Below are positions 25,273 through 41,191 of a stretch of DNA of 64,000 nucleotides, piece after piece. Positions within the stretch are counted from its first letter, which is position 1. Every line of letters starts with the position of its first letter. The DNA comes from Utricularia gibba (lineage: Eukaryota > Plantae > Magnoliophyta), in contig NEEC01000004.1 of the NCBI GenBank assembly GCA_002189035.1, positions 434,001-498,000 on the forward strand, given 5' to 3'. The translations under genes and the position numbers were made by a program. Under the pieces are notes generated by a model. The model was not told the origin of the DNA. It searched no databases and worked only from the letters and a program-made list of their open reading frames with translations.

Positions 25273-26440
25273 ATGTTTCTCGGTGCTCTATTGTTGGCTG
25301 TTCTCACTGTTACCGCCGCGGGGTCGGATGTGTCATTCGACGATAATTTCAGCAAAAGCTGTCCGGTCGCTCAGTTCAAGACTTCCGATGACGGCCAGAT
25401 CTGGTATCTCTCCCTCAATAAACACGCAGGTGCGGGTTCGGTTCAATTCGAGGTCCTCTACTCCTGTTTTCCTCGAGAATTATATTAGTTCCGCAATGTG
25501 ATAGGGTGTGGATTCATGACGAAGCAGAGTTACCGATTCGGATGGTTTAGTATGAAGATGAAGCTCGTCGGCGGGGATTCTGCCGGTGTGGTGACCGCCT
25601 TCTACGTAAGCAAAGTTGTGGTGCTAAACGGCGTCGTTTAGCTGTGTACTTACAGAATTGTGTCGGCGGTGCATGGATGCAGATGTGCTCGGAGAACGGG
25701 GCAGGGCCGGAGAGGGACGAGCTGGATTTCGAGTTCCTGGGCAACAGAACGGGGCAGCCGTACCTCATTCAGACCAATGTCTACAAGAACGGAACGGGAA
25801 ACCGTGAGATGCGCCACTCCCTCTGGTTCGACCCCACCGTTGATTTCCACACCTACTCCATTCTATGGAACAACCATCAAATTCTGTAAGCATTTTTTTT
25901 TTCAATTTTTCTTGAGTATCATTGATCATTACACCGTTTGTTTTCCACCATGAGAATTTTGGCCATGGTGATTTGTTCAAGTGTATTTGTGGAGCTTCTT
26001 TTGCAGCGGAAACCATGACCTTCTGGATGGATGACAGGTTCATGGTGGACAGAGTACCCATCAGGGTGTACAAGAACGCCAACTACAGCAACAACTTCTT
26101 CCCCAACGAGAAGCCAATGTACCTCTTCTCTAGCATATGGAACGCCGACGACTGGGCAACGCGTGGTGGCCTTGAGAAGACCGATTGGTCCAAGGAACCG
26201 TTCGTCTCATCTTACAAGGACTTCAGCGTCGATGCGTGCAGGTGGGAGGATCCATACCCAGCCTGTGTGGCCACAACGACGCAGAATTGGTGGGATCAAT
26301 ACAATGCATGGCATCTCTCAGCTGATCAGAAGGTGGACTACGCATGGGTGCAGCGAAACCTTGTTGTGTACGATTACTGCAAGGACACCAAGAGGTTCCC
26401 TAAGCTCCCTGAGGAATGCTGGCTTAGTCCTTGGCAGTAA
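25273..26440 (+). CDS. XTH8: Xyloglucan endotransglucosylase/hydrolase (XTH8-like), 4 exons
   Basis: Catalytic [39 protein letters not shown]; hydrophobic signal peptide. Confidence 0.93.
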
Positions 26441-26694
26441 CAGAAAGTATGCCAAATTCATTGGCATGCTCCAAAAAGGTGCGCAGTTCATCTCATTGAT
26501 TGAGCTTTCATTCTTTGACACATAAATATGAGCTACTGTACTGTGGGGGGTTGATGTTCTTTCTGTGAAATCATTCCCGATGAATAAACACCATTTTCTT
26601 TCCCTCCAACAGTTCCATAGTTCCAAAAAGTTTCATGGATGAGCAGCTCCTACGCTCCAAGATACGTGTGATCATTCGTACCACCGACGTCGAA

Positions 26695-29600
26695 TCAGAG
26701 ATTTTGATTAGAGTACAGCTTTACTTCCCTGGGCCAAACCTGTCCATAAACATCCTTCTCCACGTACCTTCGATCCCATGACCAAGGTAAATCTGTGACA
26801 TCATTGCATATTTCATTTCAGACACAAAATGGATCAAGTATAAACCCAGATTGACAAGCAGAACCAACCTCCCAACGAGTATGGCTTTGGAGGGAGTTCA
26901 TACGGCACTGGAAACTCAATGATATCCCTACACTGTTGCTCCTCCTGATTTGCTTTCCAGAGCAAGGTCACCATACCCCTTTTCATCGGTGCAGCAGTCG
27001 TTCCTTTATCCTGAGAGAAGGAAGTACACCATGAAGTACTAAATCACGACCAATAGGCAACCAGAATCAAGTTCTATGTACCTCCAAGTGCAGTGCCCGA
27101 CCTTCATCTGTACAGGAAAAGCTGCACCCAGGTTTCTTAGGCCCCGGCAAGAAAAGGACTCCAAGCTGTATACAATACAGCGATGGCAATGAATGGTGTA
27201 GATCACCGAAACAAGCCAGGATCCTCTAGACATAACTGCAAGTAGTACCTCATACGACCGGATCATCAACTGAGAACCGTTTTTCTGGAGTGCTCCCCAG
27301 GCAGCCTTGCTCAGGTTGGAAGAAGTAAGAAGTAACCAACTGTTGGGATGCAGAAGATAAGATTAGTCTAGAAACGAAGAGCATGTCACTGCAATAGCAT
27401 CTAGAAGAGATGGATACGCGAGGTTTTGTCCGTTATAACGAGCGAATGTCTTTATGTGGGGCATCGCATGACTGTAGCAAACACATGGGAACAAGTTAAA
27501 GATCCAGATAAAGATGACAGAATGAAATTGAAGTGTAGTATACCAGCGACCAGTGTGGCTTGCTGCCCACTTTGCCCAATACTTCTTCAAGAACTCTTTC
27601 TCCACATTCTTCAGTGGACTAGGAATGGCGTTCCCAGCTGCATAACCCTTCACAAAAAACACGAAGGTACTGAGACAGTAATTTGAGATGTGTATAATTG
27701 GGGAAAAACACCCAGCATATACATCAGACCACAAACTTATCATCCACCCCAATTACTCATACTCGAGCTGTTTTTCACCGAGGAAGCAAGCATGACGTTC
27801 AATTAGACTAAGGAAAAGAATGTACAATTATAGGTGAAGACATGCTCATATATACCTCTAGGGAATACTTGACATCTTCTACAGTTGGCCATACTATTAG
27901 AGGTTTTCCCATCCCCAAAGGCTTTCCATCTTCTGAGGTACCAGCTGACATTGAAGATGCTAGCTCATTCATCCATTTCTCGTCCAAGGAACCTAATGAA
28001 GAAAACTGAAGGAGGGTGATCGAAACACGCATTAGAAGGCACCAATTGAAGAGCTGCAATCTGCAAAACATCATAAAAACTGAAGGATTCTGATGTTTCA
28101 AATCGCTGACGATGCACCATTTGGCACTAAGATTTTTCTAGCAAAATCTTTCTAAGGATGCTTTCTAATAATGAAGTAGAAGCAGCTCATTGGCACCTGG
28201 TAAACCAGAGGAGACTTCTCAAATTGATTATCAAATGTGCACTCCTGTAGGACGGTTCGTAGCTTCATGTGCCCCCATTTTTTCAAACTGGAGCCTGAAT
28301 GATATCCAGGGACGGATGCAATAAGCCTCACCTGAGCAGTTGAAAATTCTCTTAACCTCAAAACCGCCATGTAGAACATAAATTGCTTCGTCAATGAAGA
28401 AAAGTTAAGTACAGCTTTCACGACTTTCTTCTTTTCATGCAATGGTGTTACGAAAGTGAAGGGAAAATATCTTGAAAGCAATACGTGACAACTAACATTG
28501 CCAAGAATTCCACTTACCATGGCAGCACTGTAATCGAATTTCCTGAAGAATTTAGGGCTCATGCTGAAGCTTCCAATGGTAGGTAAATTGAAGTTGAATT
28601 CAGGCAACTGCAATGAAGAGACAAATGAAACTACACAAAGTTCAACGTGAGGTTTTTTTTTTTTTTTTTCCAAACCCTGAAACTTGGAAGATTTGGAGGC
28701 GGGCAAAACATAAAAGTTCGAGAGCTTCACATTATCAACTGGAAGAAGTTCATGAACCACCTTAACCAGATTCTACGCTGTTGCAACAAGGTTATTCAAA
28801 TAATAATGAGGCTATTTTAGAGCAAATGCTAATATTTGTACCTTCAATGTGCCAAGATAATCGATAAGGTCATTTTCGAATTCACTTCCAGCATGTGTAT
28901 TATTTGGATCTTTCCATGGAAAATCTTGCATCCATAAGCCTTGAGTTTTGTTGTTCCAGTCAACATATATCAGGTTTGCTGAGTGCAGAATGACTCGAAG
29001 TCCTCGAGGATAAACAAGAATCATAGCTTTTGAATGGTGTGTTCCATATGAAATCGGCAATGGAGGCTTATGGAGAATCCAATGTGAAGGCTTCATTCTC
29101 TGACGAAGAAACCAGTCAGACAGTAGATCTTTATATATCCAGATTTAGACACTGGTGTGCCACCTGACCTTCATGTACTCAAGTGCACCATCTCCTTCCC
29201 CATGGACGATGAGGACATGGGGGATCCTTTTGAGTCTTGGACATTCTACATAAAACTCACAGAAATTAACATCTTTTGATTAAAGAAATATGTTCCTTAT
29301 TCCGCAGTTAATTAAGCGAATCAAAGAAAGGGTGAGGCTTCACACTGTTTTTGCGTACAGGACAAGGGGATCACAGTTCAATACAAAGAAAGCCATCCAA
29401 TTTATTAGGAAAAATGATCTGCAATAGAGGGTATGGCTAATACAAATATTGGTTTGGCTGCTAATGAACAAAAGAAGATTTTACTCAGATCTTAAAAGGG
29501 GATCATTTTAGCAAAGAAAACACTAAACTTCAATAGAAAGTCGTAACATTTCAAGCACAAGAAAATGTCAAGTGATTTATGGAAAAAACCTACCAGAGAG

Positions 29601-30673
29601 AAGCCAATCAATGTCAACCATGTAATTTGACAGGACAGCTAAGAGAATATCTCCCTACAAACGAAAAACAGTTTCCATATCCAAACTGATAACTGAAAAA
29701 TTCAGAATACAATCTTGATTTGCATAACTACCTGAATTACATCATTGAGTGAAGCAGCATTTGTATTTGCCCACTCTGGCAAATCTTTAACTCTCAATAG
29801 TCTAAAGATAGATGCCAAATCATCCTTACTAATTTGAAAATCTCGTATACTCTTTGAGGAAAACGTGGTTGAAGCACTGGCATCCTGAAGAAGCGTCAAA
29901 AGGAGACTGAAATTAATATGCGGTAATCGAGGAAATTGAGAAGGGACACCGAAAATCCTACATCGGGCATCGTAAGAATTGATTCTTCATCTGCAACTTT
30001 ACGGGTTCTTTTCCTCACAGGAGCAACATATTCATCCTTCCTACTTTCTTGATTCAACACTTTCACCTCTATGTTGGTGCTCCCAAAATTGCTGTTGTTG
30101 ACAGGTGCATACTTGAAAAGGTATTGCCCTGGTATCAACTCTATAACATCTCCTGCTCTAATTGTCGAAGCCTCACCAGAAAAAAGCTTCTTTCTTTCAT
30201 TGTTTGACCTCACCACGACAGGGTTCGTACCTTCCTACATAACATTTCTTCAGGATTTTCCAAAAAAGACTTACCATTGCATAAACAATGCAGAATTACG
30301 ATAATCCTCATTCATCACACAAATGGATACTGAAAGTGAGATCAGACACCTACAACGACAATATCACAAGAGCCATCACCGCGCACTTCAAGAGTGAGAT
30401 GCCTCCGACTAACACGCTTATCATTCACGGGAATGCAATCTCGGCCCACGCAGGAAACGCCATGGGATATGCGTATTATTGGAATCGTAGATTCAACATC
30501 TTCCTCCAGATTGGCATTCAAAGGCACCAGAAAACCGGCCTAAGCATGATCAGTCAGCATATGCGAAGGAAAACGAGCGCATGAAGTACAATAACGAATA
30601 AACCCGTCCTCTGTACCGGTGAAGAAGAAGAAGACGAAGACGAAGCTGCACAGTCAGAGTCCGGAGTCGCCAT
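26695..30673 (-). CDS. TDP1: Tyrosyl-DNA phosphodiesterase 1 with N-terminal FHA domain, multi-exon
   Basis: FHA-like [18 protein letters not shown]; two HxK motifs ([20 protein letters not shown]); [16 protein letters not shown]; terminal [21 protein letters not shown]...NL*. First exon MATPDSDC...SP|GT inferred. Confidence 0.92.
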
Positions 30674-30934
30674 CCGAGAAACGTGAGGGCTACCTGCCCG
30701 CCGGCGCGTGTTCAGACGTCAAAACCCGCGATACTCCTGAGATTGATTGTTTTTTTCTTTTATCAATTATGTTTTATAAAATTAGTACGCGGGAAGTAAA
30801 TTTTAGCAGTTACTCTCATTTTTGTTTCTCTTCTACACTCATAGCATAATTGATACTATTCTCGAATATTAAAATATGATCCATATGAAGAAAACCCACA
30901 GGGGAAATGTATCAAGAATGGAGAGTCTGAAGAA

Positions 30935-32899
30935 TCATCTCTTGGCTCCATGTAATCTGCGGGCACACACGACTTGCCTTCTCCACTCGCGGATCGGCAT
31001 CTGCAAAAGGCATATCATCTGCGTCTGTGAAATCCCCACACCAGAAAGTGGAAAGAAACAAGAAGACTCACAGCAGGGAATCCTCCATAATCACCAGCTT
31101 CGCAGATGTCCTTGGTGACACAGCTGTTGGCGGCCAGCCTAACCTGCATGGCATCACAGCATCTGTAGAGATGAGAGCCGCAGACTGTATAGCAGCAGAC
31201 ATTCACACCTTTGAAGTGATATGCACGTGGTCTCGGACACAGGCTTTTCCTCCGAAGGTCACGCAGTCTCCTATCCTGAGAGAACAGCGGTAAGCAATGT
31301 GTTACAGATCCAACACAAGGGGGAAAGAACGATCTCATGAGTGTTGACTTTAATGGAAGTGGAACTCTAGATAAAATCATACGTTGCTGAACCAGCAATG
31401 CCAACTTGTCCACATAATATGCAGTTTGCCCCTATCACAACATTGTGGCCTATCTGCAAGGGTAAACAAGATCAAATGACTTTTCTGAACTCAGGAAAAA
31501 AACATCTGGCAACAGAGGATCAAAGCCTACCTGTACTAAATTATCAATCTTCGTATGATCTCCAATAAAGGTATTCCTCCAACTACAAAGGCCGTATTCC
31601 TCCAAATTATAGTGAAATGATAACATCTAAAAGGGAGTTTAGGTTTAATTAAAGGACTACAAAAAAATTCAAGGTTTTACCTGCCCCTGTCGATGCAAGT
31701 GTTTGCACCTATTTCCACATCATCCCCTATAATTGCTTTCAAGCTCTAAGATCAAGAGAAAATATAGAATTAGTGAAGGAATGGAATCAAGATAAACATT
31801 CTCTACAACACATGGTAAGAAAATAAAGGGCAGCTATAACTTTCATCTGCAACAACTAAAGAATTTATCCTCCCAGTAACAAGAAAACAACCTAATGACC
31901 TAATTTGAGAAAGATAAGCGTCACTGACTTGGGGCTTTTTACACATGATCCCATCTTCATCCACAAAGAATCCAAAACCTGCTTGACATCAAGTGTCATT
32001 TACACAAGAACGACAAGAAAACATGGACTTCAAAATAGGATACTAAATGTCCAGCTTAACTCCGGAAAAATAATGCATAAATTAGTGAGAAAAACAATAT
32101 TTTTAATACTTATGGCCTCACCATCTTGGCCGATGCAGACACCATGATGAATTGTACAAAACTCTCCTATACTGCAATTACTGAGTGAAACATTGTAGCT
32201 GGGAGAAGTATAGTCGTGTCAAGCGATAAACTTCACTCTTTTCCTAAGATACCGTAATTTCATCAAATAACAGGAACGTCTAGTAAACTAGTTATTTTGC
32301 ACTTGCTAAAAAAAACTAGCATGAATCAGACTAGAACTGACATGTGATTTTACCCTATTTTCAATCTCCAAAATAAGGAATTTACCCTGTTTTCGTTGAT
32401 TTCCCGATACTCACACCAGGCCCAACAATTGTTCCTGAATCAACTGTCACATTTTCACCCACCGAGCATCCTGAATGCACCAAAGAACCAATCTTTATTT
32501 CAGCCGTGGGATCAATGCGGGCAGATATGTGATACATGCCGCCACCATTCTCCCACCTCCGAAAACCTTGGGCATTTGTCTCGACATCTGCGTCAAGTCT
32601 TGATCACAATCTATATTTCAGGTACAATTGGAAACCAGTATAAAAAACAAGAAAAAGAAACGTCAAATGGAGGCAAAAGGGGCTAATGAACAAGAGAACC
32701 CTAACGGAACGCAGAAAATATGCATTACATTTCACTCCATCAGAACAAAAAAATTAAAATGAGAGTCAGTGGTAAATTAACCTGGAGGAGGAGGAGAAAT
32801 TATGTATCCTACTGCATTTGGTGAAAGACCACACGCTTGATGCTGATCCATTGGACTTGTGAGAAAACACGCCAGCTTGACGACACGCAGCAGCGCCAT
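30935..32899 (-). CDS. LpxD: UDP-3-O-acylglucosamine N-acyltransferase (lipid A pathway LpxD homologue, expected mitochondrial)
   Basis: [75 protein letters not shown]; hexapeptide repeats. Start exon is less certain. Confidence 0.9.
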
Positions 32900-33284
32900 T
32901 TGAAGCGCTGCGCTCCTGATTGCTGGGAGCTTTGAGAGGATTCAAGAAAGAAAAAAAAAACACCGGTGCTCGTTGAATTTCTGAATGTGAATTCAACTCG
33001 CAGTAGACACTGCTCAAGGTGTTCGCCTCCACCCATGATCCCTGTGCCACGCCAGCCAGCTCCATCGTGGAACCCAGAGAGAGTCAGTGAGCAGCTAAGT
33101 GGATCCGGGCCGGGCCTCACCATGGGCTTGCCCAAGAGGTAAATACGGCACGCCGAAATGGTGAATGGACTCTTCGATCCTTGATTCCCTTCTAGAAGAT
33201 CGGCGCGCTGGCAGACAGGGAAAGACAATAAGATCTGACATCTTTCTACCCTTCCTACATTTGGGCAGCCAGTCAGTATTTTCC

Positions 33285-33375
33285 GGTCTTTTAGAAAAAT
33301 GGCCACTGTCTACTTTGTACATTAGAAAAATGGCCACCGTGTGAATTTTGTTAGAAAAATGGCCATCCTCTAATA
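33285..33375 (+). repeat. MULE left TIR
   Basis: Three copies of AGAAAAATGGCCA starting at 33293, 33324 and 33353. Confidence 0.85.
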
Positions 33376-33865
33376 TTTTTTTATAAAAAAAAATTTACAC
33401 GATTTTTTATTATTTATATATAGTATAAATCAATAAATTTTGTTAATAAATATCATTTAATATATAAACATAAATAAATACATCAAAATCATCATTTTCT
33501 ATTTTGTCATTGTATTTTTTAAAAACACAGAATATAGATTAACAATAGTTAATTAAATAATTTCATTTTAATTATTAGCTTTCTAAATTTGTTTAAAATT
33601 AGTTGATTTATAAAAAAAGCATTCTCTTTTATTTTAATTTTTTTTCATTCTTTACCCTAAAGCATTCTTTACTTAAATTTTATAACCTTTATCTTCAAGC
33701 ATTCTTTTTTTTATATATTTATGTATTCTTTAGCTTCAAGCATAGTTTTCTTAATTTTTGTATTCTTCATCTTCAATCATTCTTTTTCTTCATCTATTTG
33801 AGAAGAACTTCCATTATAATTTTGAAAATACAAATCATTTCACAAGACGTATTTTCTTGATTGAG

Positions 33866-36818
33866 ATGGCATTTCAATCTATTATGGCAAAGATATTCTT
33901 CGGTGGAAATATCCAAGATTATCACAACGGATATCGGGCATATGATCAACCTCCAATCGCTATTACGAGCTTCGAAAGTCATATATCATTTGATGAATTG
34001 AAGAGTCAATTATCATCATTTTGCGGTTTACAAGTTGATCGATATGAAATAATAGTTTATGCACAATATTATGATTCAACTTCAAATTCTACAAGATTCA
34101 TGGGGCTTGGATCAGATGTTGATTTGCTATATGTTTTCAATCCATTACATGCCGCAATGGGTGTTGATCTATTTGTTGAGGTTACATTGATACCAGAAGA
34201 AGAAAACAATCCTAATTTCAATATTAACAATCCTTTACAAGATGTGGAGGAGGATCAGCAATACGGTATTTATTTTTTAAAATTTTTCTATTATGATTTA
34301 CGTAATTTTTATTAGAATAATTCAAAGTTTCATAATTTATGAAATTATTGATGAAAATATTGGCCTAACTTTTATCTCAAGTAGGAAGTTACATTTTTTT
34401 TTAGTTATTTACACTTTTTCGAAATAATTAATAAATTTATTTACATATCTCTTTATCAATATTATTTATAGAATATGATTTAGAAAGAAGAGAAGAAAAT
34501 GATCCTTTGTTCGATATTATGGCTCAATATGATACTGACTACGATGAACAAGGTCAAGAAACCAATGAAAATGAGGAGTTGATTGATGAATTCTATGAAG
34601 GATGGGTTCCACGAGGATTTATTGCCAATGAGGGTCGATTAGATAATTGGTCAGAAGATATACTTGATCCCTTACATCTGATGCCTTCACCATTCACAAA
34701 AAACCAACAGTTTGGTTCTAAATTGGCATTTCTCAATGCGGTCACTTAGTATTCAGTAAAAGTTGGCCGTGAGTTCTTTGTGTACAAAACAAATGAAGAA
34801 AAACATCTTGAATTGAGATGTTATCAGAAGGCATCTCAAATGTGCAATTGGAGGATTCGATGTGCTTATCATAAACGCCTTGATTTATGGAAGATAACTG
34901 CATTGAAGGAGCCACATATATGCCGGCGTCTTGGACCAAACGCACTCTCACATAGGAATATTGGAAATGATTATATTGCTGAAATAGCTAGACCACTATT
35001 AGAAGAAGATGTCACAACTAAGGTAAAGGTTATCCAGACATTGATTAAAAGGGATACAGGATTTACAGTGCCATACCATCGAGCATGGTATGGTATGCGA
35101 AAAGCATTTGAACTTGTTTATGGCACATGGGAGTCATCAGTACCTCTACTACCTGCATTTCTACAAGAAGTTCAGACACAAAATCCCGAACCATTGTCGT
35201 CTACAGACACAAAGAAACCAATGCTTCCGACATTAAAACACTCAAGTACGTATTTTGGGCTTTTGGACCATGTATTTATGCTTATCGATGGACTTGGCCT
35301 GTTATCACAGTAGATGGAACACATCTCTACTCAAAGTTCAATCACAAGTTATTGATTGCCGTAACTGTAGATGCTTGTGGCCTTCTTCTACCTCTTGCAT
35401 TTGCAGTGGTTGATAGCGAAAATGATGAATCTTGGTTATGGTTTATTCGGCTGCTCGATCACTATGTTGTTGCAGGACAAGGGACATGTCTTATATTAGA
35501 TCGATGTAGTTCAATTCAAAAAGCATCGTCTCAAGTGCTGCCTTTCAAACCAGAATATGGTGGATGTCATCGGCATTGTATACGACATCTACGATCTAAT
35601 TTTCTCACTCATTTTCGTACCGAGGGACTTAGGGAAAAATTCAATCAAGCAGTATATGCTACATCCATCGAAAAATTTGAAAAATACATGATTGGAATTC
35701 AAAAACTCAATTACGCAGCTTGGGAGTATTTGAATAAATTACCTCGAGAAACATGGACACTTGCTTATGATGGAGGTGCTAGGTATTTATTTAATTTCTT
35801 TTAATATATACATTTTAATTAAATTCACTTAATATATGAATATAATTTTTAAATTTAATTTCAGGTGTGGTACATTAACAACAAATCATGTTGAAAGATT
35901 AAATGGAATATTAAAAGGAGCAAGACATCTTCTTTGACAGCATTAGTACATGTATTATTATAAATTTTAAAGTATATATATATTGTGTATATCTAAAAAA
36001 TATACTATTTAATATATGCAGGCTACTTATACTAGATGCCAACATTATTTTTATGAGAGACAAGAGAAAGCAATCAATTTACGACATAAACACATCTAAT
36101 ATGCGCATTGGGATAAGCCCATCCCACATGCAAGGATCCAAGTTATCGATGCTGCACAATCAAAGGTTCGAGTTATAAACCGTAAAAAGAACGGGAAAAA
36201 TAAAAGCTACATTGTTATGGTTCAAGATGGAATATGTGAGTACAGAAAATGACAAAATTTTGGCATATCACGCTCTCATGCACAACAGGTATGTCTATTT
36301 TATTTATTTTATTAATTTGTATATTATTAACCCTATCATAAATTTATATACAGGCATGCAAGCGACTCAATATTGATCCTCGTAGTATTATTAATCTAAT
36401 GATGCATCTCAATCGTCAAATAGCAACATATGAAGTTCAAATTCAAGCATTACGGTCTGAAGAAAGATGGGCACCACCAGCATTTACCTTGATGCATGAT
36501 CCAGATCGAAAAAAAGATGTTCGAGTAGGATCATCACACAATAGACATCTAATGCCTATGGATTTCCAAGCAAGTGGATCATCACACAATAGAGCACGTA
36601 GAGATTCTGCTTTACTTGAAGATAGAAGCTACGAATCACCTCCACTGATACATCGATCTTCTATTGATCTTCCATCCGAACCTGCATATGGAAATATTGA
36701 AGTACATCCACAATCTTCGATGCACAATCCACCTACTGGATGGAAGGAACTATACAACGAGCGAAATTGGACAATCTTCAAGGAATTCTACACAACAAAG
36801 CAGTTCAATCATTCATAA
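33866..36818 (+). pseudogene. Disrupted MuDR/MURA-type transposase
   Basis: Fragments: YKTNEEKHLELRC...CNWRIRCAY (DNA-binding region), TVDGTHLY, LPLAFAVVDSENDESWLWF, LILDR, HCIRHL, TTNHVERLNG, eroded SWIM-like GICEYRK*. In-frame TAG at 34747-34749, frameshift near 35188, further lesions downstream. Confidence 0.88.
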
Positions 36819-37137
36819 TTTTTTAGGTAGATTTAGACGAAGCAAACGTTAAATGTTTATATTGTATTTTATTATTTTAAACAATAAATTTGATAATTAT
36901 TTATATTTTTGAAATAAATTTATTCAAATTAATATTTTAAAAATAATTTATCAAATTTTATAAAAAGAATACGTATAGAAAAGATTAAAAAGCTTTTTAA
37001 ATATTTAAATATTTTTTGAATAACTTAAAATATTTCGAAAATATTGTAATTTATAAATTTTAGACATTATTTATATATCTTAACTACTATTATTTTATAT
37101 TATTTTAATAAAGAATATAATTTTTAAAAAAAAAAAT

Positions 37138-37228
37138 AGAGACGATGGCCAGTTTTATAAAGAATTACACACAGTGGCCACTTTTCTCACACACATGTGA
37201 GAGGGTGGCCACTTTTCTAATAAACTCC
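37138..37228 (-). repeat. MULE right TIR
   Basis: Reverse complement reads TTAGAAAAGTGGCCAC...GAGAAAAGTGGCCACTGTGTG...TATAAAACTGGCCATC, matching the left end. Confidence 0.85.
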
Positions 37229-38654
37229 AGTCTTTTCCATCATATTTCAAGAATATTAATATTAACCCAATATTCCTCCAATCAAACTAACTTCATTTCC
37301 TAACCCTTGTAGCATAATAATAATAAAAAAACAAGAATTCAAAATTTGTCACGAAATACAAAAACTTGGGCAAGAAGATATCCAAAAGAGGATGAAAATG
37401 ATAGGAGCACAAAATCGCGCTTGGGAGACAGAAAGAGGAGGCTCTTTTTGAGCACTGTCGGGCGCCGCCCCCAGGGTGGTTTTGCATGTCAAATGACACC
37501 TTTACCCAAACACAGAGAGCGGGGGTGCAGACGCCCATGGGCAGTAGCGTAATTTGAGGGTAAAGCTGATTGACCCTGTGCACTCAAAAAAGGGGGAAAA
37601 TGTAGTGGAGGGAGCGCACGCCCCCACACTAACTCGCACGCCTTGCTTTCCAATTTCCATGGCTCGACTCCATCACAAAGCATGGCTCTTCAAAACCCAA
37701 AAATAGATGATCCTGCTCCCACCCACCACAATGCCTTGGTAGTTGGTTCATGTTTGGTTAATTATTTAAAAATATGTGTTAAAACAAAAACACAGGATAA
37801 TCATTTTTCCAAATGATCAGGATAGAAGATAGTATAAAAAATAAAATAATTATTCTGTACTATTTATTTATATAATTATATATATTAATATTAATAATTA
37901 GGTTTCAAAGTTCCAAGGATTAAGCATTAAATTCGCCTTCAAAAAATTAAAGGATATCAGAAAAAAAAACTCGTAACGTCATCCATGACATCTAAAGAAA
38001 AGATAAAAATTTTAATTAAAATTCGATGAAATTTCATCAATTCTATGTACATTATATATTATTAAAAAATTATATTCAATCTCCTTTTTTTTTTACGTAT
38101 CTGATTTTAAAACGGGCAAATAAATCCTAGGAGAAGGGTGTCGTCGTTGACGTAGCCCAGGTGGGGACCGCAGGCCTTTTTCTTTTTTCTTTTTATTTTG
38201 CATGTGGTCGGTCATCTACAATAATACCCAGTTTTTTATTACAATTCTTTTATTATTTGATTATTTTCAAATCGCACCCAAAGAACCCATGTTTTTTAGT
38301 TTTTGAAGTAATTTGATATAATTACTATATCACATAATTTTGGTCTCGACTGATAAGCAATGCACGCCGATTCGATTTGTAATACAAAAAAAATAGTGGT
38401 ATTAATTAGTGCGCGTAAGGGTAAAAAAGTAAATGCTACGTGATTTGATTAATAATTTAATATTGTGTTTGACAACTATCATTACTTTAATGCTTTTAGT
38501 TAGGTCCATGAAAAAGAGAGCGTTCTCAGGGCAGGCTGTGAAGTGTCTTCTCTCCCGAAGCGCCTTTGTCCTGCTTCTCCGGTGTGCAAACGTAAATAAA
38601 TACCGGGCCCTTCTTATGTTGCAGAAGCAGCACCTACTAGCGACGGGGCAGAAA

Positions 38655-40497
<1,843 letters not shown>

Positions 40498-40819
40498 CTT
40501 CACTACTCCTTACTTCTATGTTACTAAAAGTTTCCAACTTGTCTTAATACAAGTTCGCTATAAGCAATCTGAAACTACTAGATTCACTCAGAAGTTCATG
40601 TAAAGAATAGGCACCAGATCCTGTATTTCCCCTATGAGTCATTGAGAGCATAAACAGAAACGATAGCACTATCAAAATGAAAACTTGAGCTCAGTGATGT
40701 GATTACGGTGGCTTAACGTTGGATAGATGAAACATGAACGATGTGGCGAATTGGTGAGTTGATACACAGAAGTGAAAAAAAAAAATAAAACAGAGGATTC
40801 AGAATCCCAACCGCTTCAA

Positions 40820-41191
40820 TCAAGCCCTCTTAACAGGATCGAAGTTTGCCACCGCGATAACTGCACCGCCAATCACCGCAAGCACGACTCCTCCGGCGAC
40901 AATGCTGAGCAGGAAGTTCTTGAGAGACGGGGAGACTCCATCCGCCGCCATCGCCGCTTCCGGCACCACAATCGACGCTGCAATAGCCGCGGTTGTGGCC
41001 CCAGAGACAGCCCTCTTCACGAGAGACGATGCATTGACTGTGAGCTTGGGAGCTGAGCTGTTTGTAGCCTTGAGCTGCTTAGGCATCTTGACCGGGAGTG
41101 GCTTGAAGAAGGCCTCCGATGAGGGAACCGGCATCCGTCTGGTTGCGGCGGAGGCGACTGGAGTTCCCATTGCCGCGGAGATGGAAGCCAT
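40820..41191 (-). CDS. PsbX: Photosystem II subunit X precursor, intronless
   Basis: Transit peptide then [45 protein letters not shown]. Confidence 0.95.
   Translation of the reverse strand: MASISAAMGTPVASAATRRMPVPSSEAFFKPLPVKMPKQLKATNSSAPKLTVNASSLVKRAVSGATTAAIAASIVVPEAAMAADGVSPSLKNFLLSIVAGGVVLAVIGGAVIAVANFDPVKRA

Larger units (their letters stand above)
33285..37228 (+). mobile_element. Mutator-like DNA transposon (MULE), decayed autonomous type, 3944 bp
   Basis: Imperfect TIRs at both ends, flanking direct repeats AGTATTTTCC (33275-33284) and AGTCTTTTCC (37229-37238), AT-rich subterminal DNA, internal MuDR-type transposase remnants. Confidence 0.9.

Noticed and set aside
36399-36818. Possible captured host gene (Pack-MULE cargo)
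   Set aside because: Position and residues fit the transposase's own post-SWIM C-terminal region.
38433-38654. In-frame upstream extension of ACL5 (ATG at 38508)
   Set aside because: A TATA-like TAAATAAATA lies downstream of that ATG near 38593, and homology begins around the 38655 start.
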